Of a DNA stretch of 64,000 nt, positions 61,483 through 64,000 are shown piece after piece; positions within the stretch are counted from its first letter, which is position 1, and each line of letters starts with the position of its first letter. The notes beneath the pieces are model-generated. The model made no database searches. It was not told where the DNA came from and saw nothing but the letters and a program-made list of their open reading frames with translations. The position numbers and the translations under genes are program-made. Origin of the DNA: an uncultured Actinomycetes bacterium (GTDB lineage Bacteria; Actinomycetota; Actinomycetes; S36-B12; CAIYMF01); assembly GCA_963818445.1 (NCBI GenBank), contig CAWFSG010000018.1, forward strand, positions 38,639-102,638. Reading direction: 5' to 3'.

Positions 61483-62070
61483 CTACTCCGCAGTGGGTGC
61501 ACTCTCCGCTGCCGGAGCTGCCTTGGCCGGGGCCTTCTTCGGCCGGGGCCTTCTTCGCCGGGGCCTTCTTGGCGGCCGGGGCCTTCTTCGCCGGGGCCTT
61601 CTTGGCGGCCGGGGTAGCGGGCTTCGCCGGGGCAGCGGCATTCGTCGCTGCGGCCTTGGCCGGGGCAGCAGCCTTGGTCGCGGCCTTCTGGCCGGGGCAG
61701 TGGCCTTCGTCGCCGCCGCTGTCGCAGCCGAGGCGGCCTTCTTGGCCGGGGCGGTCGCCTTCGCGGCAGCCTTCTTGGCCGCGGCTGCCGGCTTCTCGCT
61801 GCTCACCGAGGCCTTGAACTCGCCACCTGGACGGAACCGCGGCACAGCCTTGGCGGCCTTGAGGATCGCCTCGCCCGTCGCCGGGGCGCGGTACGTCCGG
61901 GCGGCCCGCTCGGCCCGCTCGAACACCCCGAATCCGCTGATGGAGACCTTCTGGCCCTTGGCAACAGCCTCGGTGATCGCATCGATGACAGCCTGGACAG
62001 CTTCCGACGCGTCCTTCTTGCTGGTGTCGATGCGCGATGCAACGACATCAATGAGTTCAGCCTTGTTCAT
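61483..62070 (-). CDS. hup: HU-family nucleoid protein with long basic C-terminal tail (HupB/Hlp type)
   Basis: MNKAELIDVVASRI...FGVFERAERAARTYRAPATGEAI...PRFRPGGEFK is the HU fold. The 105-aa tail is Lys/Ala/Pro-rich at both ends and Arg/Pro-rich in the middle. Confidence 0.85.
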   Translation of the reverse strand: MNKAELIDVVASRIDTSKKDASEAVQAVIDAITEAVAKGQKVSISGFGVFERAERAARTYRAPATGEAILKAAKAVPRFRPGGEFKASVSSEKPAAAAKKAAAKATAPAKKAASAATAAATKATAPARRPRPRLLPRPRPQRRMPLPRRSPLPRPPRRPRRRRPRPPRRPRRRRPRPKKAPAKAAPAAESAPTAE

Positions 62071-62160
62071 TGGAGACTTCCTTCGCGGATCGCACCGGCG
62101 GTCACCGGTGAATGTGCATCATGTCCGAGGCGCAGGCTACTCCCGCACTCGGGGCACACG

Positions 62161-62748
62161 CTAGGCGGTACGGGGGGTGAATGCCGGACGGGCTCGCTCG
62201 AAACCGGCGATCAGGTCAGCACTTTGCAGCGTGATCCCGATGTCGTCCAAGCCCTCCAGCAGACGCCAGCGCACGTAGTCATCGATCTCGAAGGGTGCCA
62301 CCACGTCGGCGAACGAAACCGTCCTCGCCTCGAGGTCCACGGTGACCGACTCGGTCGGGTCGGACTCCGTCGCGGCCCAGAGCTGATCGACGACGGCCTG
62401 GTCGACGATCGCGGTCAGCAGCCCGCCCTTGCCGGAGTTGCCGCGGAAGATGTCGGCGAACCGGGAGGAGATGACGACCTTGAAGCCGTAGTCCTGCAAG
62501 GCCCAGACAGCGTGCTCCCGTGAGGACCCCGTCCCGAAGTCGGGGCCGGCCACCAGGATCGTCGCGCCGGCCCGGGCGGGGTCGTTGAGGACGAAGTCGG
62601 GGTCGCTGCGCCAGGCGGCGAACAGCGCGTCCTCGTACCCGTGGCGCGTGATCCGCTTGAGGTACCTGGCCGGGATGATCTGGTCGGTGTCGACGTTGCT
62701 TGCCCGCAGGGGGACGGCCGTGCCGGTGTGGACGGTGAACTTCTCCAT
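62161..62748 (-). CDS. leuD: 3-isopropylmalate dehydratase small subunit
   Basis: 195 aa. MEKFTVHTG...[14 protein letters not shown]...[17 protein letters not shown] is canonical LeuD. Confidence 0.95.
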   Translation of the reverse strand: MEKFTVHTGTAVPLRASNVDTDQIIPARYLKRITRHGYEDALFAAWRSDPDFVLNDPARAGATILVAGPDFGTGSSREHAVWALQDYGFKVVISSRFADIFRGNSGKGGLLTAIVDQAVVDQLWAATESDPTESVTVDLEARTVSFADVVAPFEIDDYVRWRLLEGLDDIGITLQSADLIAGFERARPAFTPRTA

Positions 62749-62760
62749 GGGATGTCCTCT

Positions 62761-64000
62761 CTAGGCCAGGTCGGCCGGGGAGCTGAGGGTGCCGCGCACG
62801 GCGGTGGCGGCGGCGACCTGCGGGGACACCAGGTGGGTGCGCCCACCCGGGCCCTGCCGGCCCTCGAAGTTGCGGTTCGACGTCGACGCGCTGCGCTCCT
62901 GCGGCGCCAGCGTGTCGGGGTTCATCCCCAGGCACATCGAGCAGCCGGCCTCGCGCCACTCGGCCCCAGCATCGGTGAACACCGTGTCGAGCCCCTCAGC
63001 CATCGCCGCGAGCCGGACGCGGACCGAGCCGGGCACGACGAGCATCCGCACGCCGTCGGCGACGCGACGGCCGGCCAGGATCTCGGCAGCGGCCCGCAGG
63101 TCCTCGATCCGGCCGTTGGTGCAGGAGCCCAGGAACACCGTGTCGACCGGGATCTCGCGCATCGGGGTGCCGGCGGTCAGGCCCATGTACTCCAGCGCCT
63201 TGCGCGCCGCTGCCTGGTCCGAGGGATCGGCGTAGTCCGCGGGGTCGGGAACGGTCGCCGACAGCGGCACGCCCTGACCGGGGTTCGTGCCCCACGTGAC
63301 GAACGGGCTCAGCTCGCTGGCGTCGATGACCACCTCCGCGTCGAACTGCGCGTCGTCGTCAGTCGTCAGCGTCCGCCAGTAGGCCACGGCATCGGCCCAG
63401 TCCTGCCCCGCGGGCGCCTTGGGGCGGCCCTCGATGTAGGCGAAGGTCGTCTCGTCGGGGGCGATCATCCCGGCGCGGGCGCCGGCCTCGATCGACATGT
63501 TGCAGATGGTCATCCGGGCCTCCATGCTCAGGCTCCGGATCGCCTCGCCCCGGTACTCCAGCACGTAACCCTGACCGCCACCGGTCCCGATCCGGGCGAT
63601 GACCGCCAGGATCAGGTCCTTCGCGGTGACGCCCTCGGGCAGGGCGCCCTCGACGGTGATCGCCATCGTCTTGAACGGCTTCAGCGGCAGCGTCTGCGTG
63701 GCCAGGACGTGCTCGACCTCGGAGGTGCCGATGCCGAACGCCAGGGCGCCGAACGCACCATGGGTCGACGTGTGCGAGTCGCCGCAGACGATCGTCATGC
63801 CCGGCTGCGTCAGCCCCAGCTGCGGGCCGACCACGTGGACGATCCCCTGCTCGGCGCTGCCCAGCGAGTAGATCGGCACGCCGAACTCCGCGGCGTTCGC
63901 ACGCAGGGCGTCGACCTGGGCGCGGGAGACCGGGTCGGCGATCGGCTTGTCGATGTCGATCGTCGGGACGTTGTGGTCCTCGGTGGCCAGGGTGAGGTCC
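62761..64000 (-). CDS. leuC: 3-isopropylmalate dehydratase large subunit (N-terminus beyond window end)
   Basis: Aconitase-family blocks [24 protein letters not shown] and [11 protein letters not shown]. The frame stays open to position 64000, so the gene is truncated by the window. Confidence 0.9.
   Translation of the reverse strand, partial: DLTLATEDHNVPTIDIDKPIADPVSRAQVDALRANAAEFGVPIYSLGSAEQGIVHVVGPQLGLTQPGMTIVCGDSHTSTHGAFGALAFGIGTSEVEHVLATQTLPLKPFKTMAITVEGALPEGVTAKDLILAVIARIGTGGGQGYVLEYRGEAIRSLSMEARMTICNMSIEAGARAGMIAPDETTFAYIEGRPKAPAGQDWADAVAYWRTLTTDDDAQFDAEVVIDASELSPFVTWGTNPGQGVPLSATVPDPADYADPSDQAAARKALEYMGLTAGTPMREIPVDTVFLGSCTNGRIEDLRAAAEILAGRRVADGVRMLVVPGSVRVRLAAMAEGLDTVFTDAGAEWREAGCSMCLGMNPDTLAPQERSASTSNRNFEGRQGPGGRTHLVSPQVAAATAVRGTLSSPADLA

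Noticed and set aside
61501-61800. Tandem ~33-nt repeats (GCCGGGGCCTTCTTCGCCGGGGCCTTCTTGGCG...) as a possible CRISPR array or minisatellite
   Set aside because: They lie inside the hup coding sequence and encode its PAKKA-type tail. There are no unique spacers and no cas genes.

Overview
This is a high-GC (roughly 70%) Actinomycetota chromosomal segment, and almost all of it is conserved core backbone. Most genes are on the minus strand. From memory, the gene order matches the M. tuberculosis Rv2880c-Rv2988c region and the Streptomyces whiG-rpsB neighbourhood: rlmN-cdsA-frr-pyrH-tsf-rpsB / whiG-type sigma-xerC-dprA-comM-yraN-rnhB-lepB-lepB-rplS-trmD-rimM-KH-rpsP / ffh / glnD-glnK-amt / ftsY-smc-acyP-fpg-rnc-rpmF-yceD / coaD-rsmD / recG-yloV / rpmB / thiL / ddl / gpsA-plsC / hup-leuDC. 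Small accessory inserts sit between these blocks: PrpE, YcaQ+PucR, a flippase-like protein+SDR+TetR, an AidB-like ACAD, a TPP enzyme+GNAT, a Met/Cys PLP enzyme, MarC, a secreted GH-like protein, and an ABC-F ATPase. I saw no rRNA, tRNA, CRISPR array, transposase or prophage, and I could not find a convincing new multi-gene system. The most unusual observations are these. (1) A ~2.9 kb secreted-protein gene between hup and the ABC-F gene is riddled with frame breaks, and near-identical ~36-bp palindromes flank it in direct orientation. (2) The HU (hup) basic tail has 47 codons read in a shifted Arg/Pro-rich frame between two compensating indels. (3) A 28-nt run of back-to-back SphI-EcoRI-BamHI-SmaI-BamHI sites in the rpsB/M23 intergenic region looks like a cloning polylinker. 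(4) Ribosomal proteins S2 and S16 carry long acidic Ala/Glu/Val tails. (5) Frame breaks occur only in accessory genes (prpE, TetR, ABC-F, the secreted protein) while every long core gene is intact. All calls come from reading the sequence and ORF translations by eye. No database search was run, so family names rest on recognised motifs and synteny.
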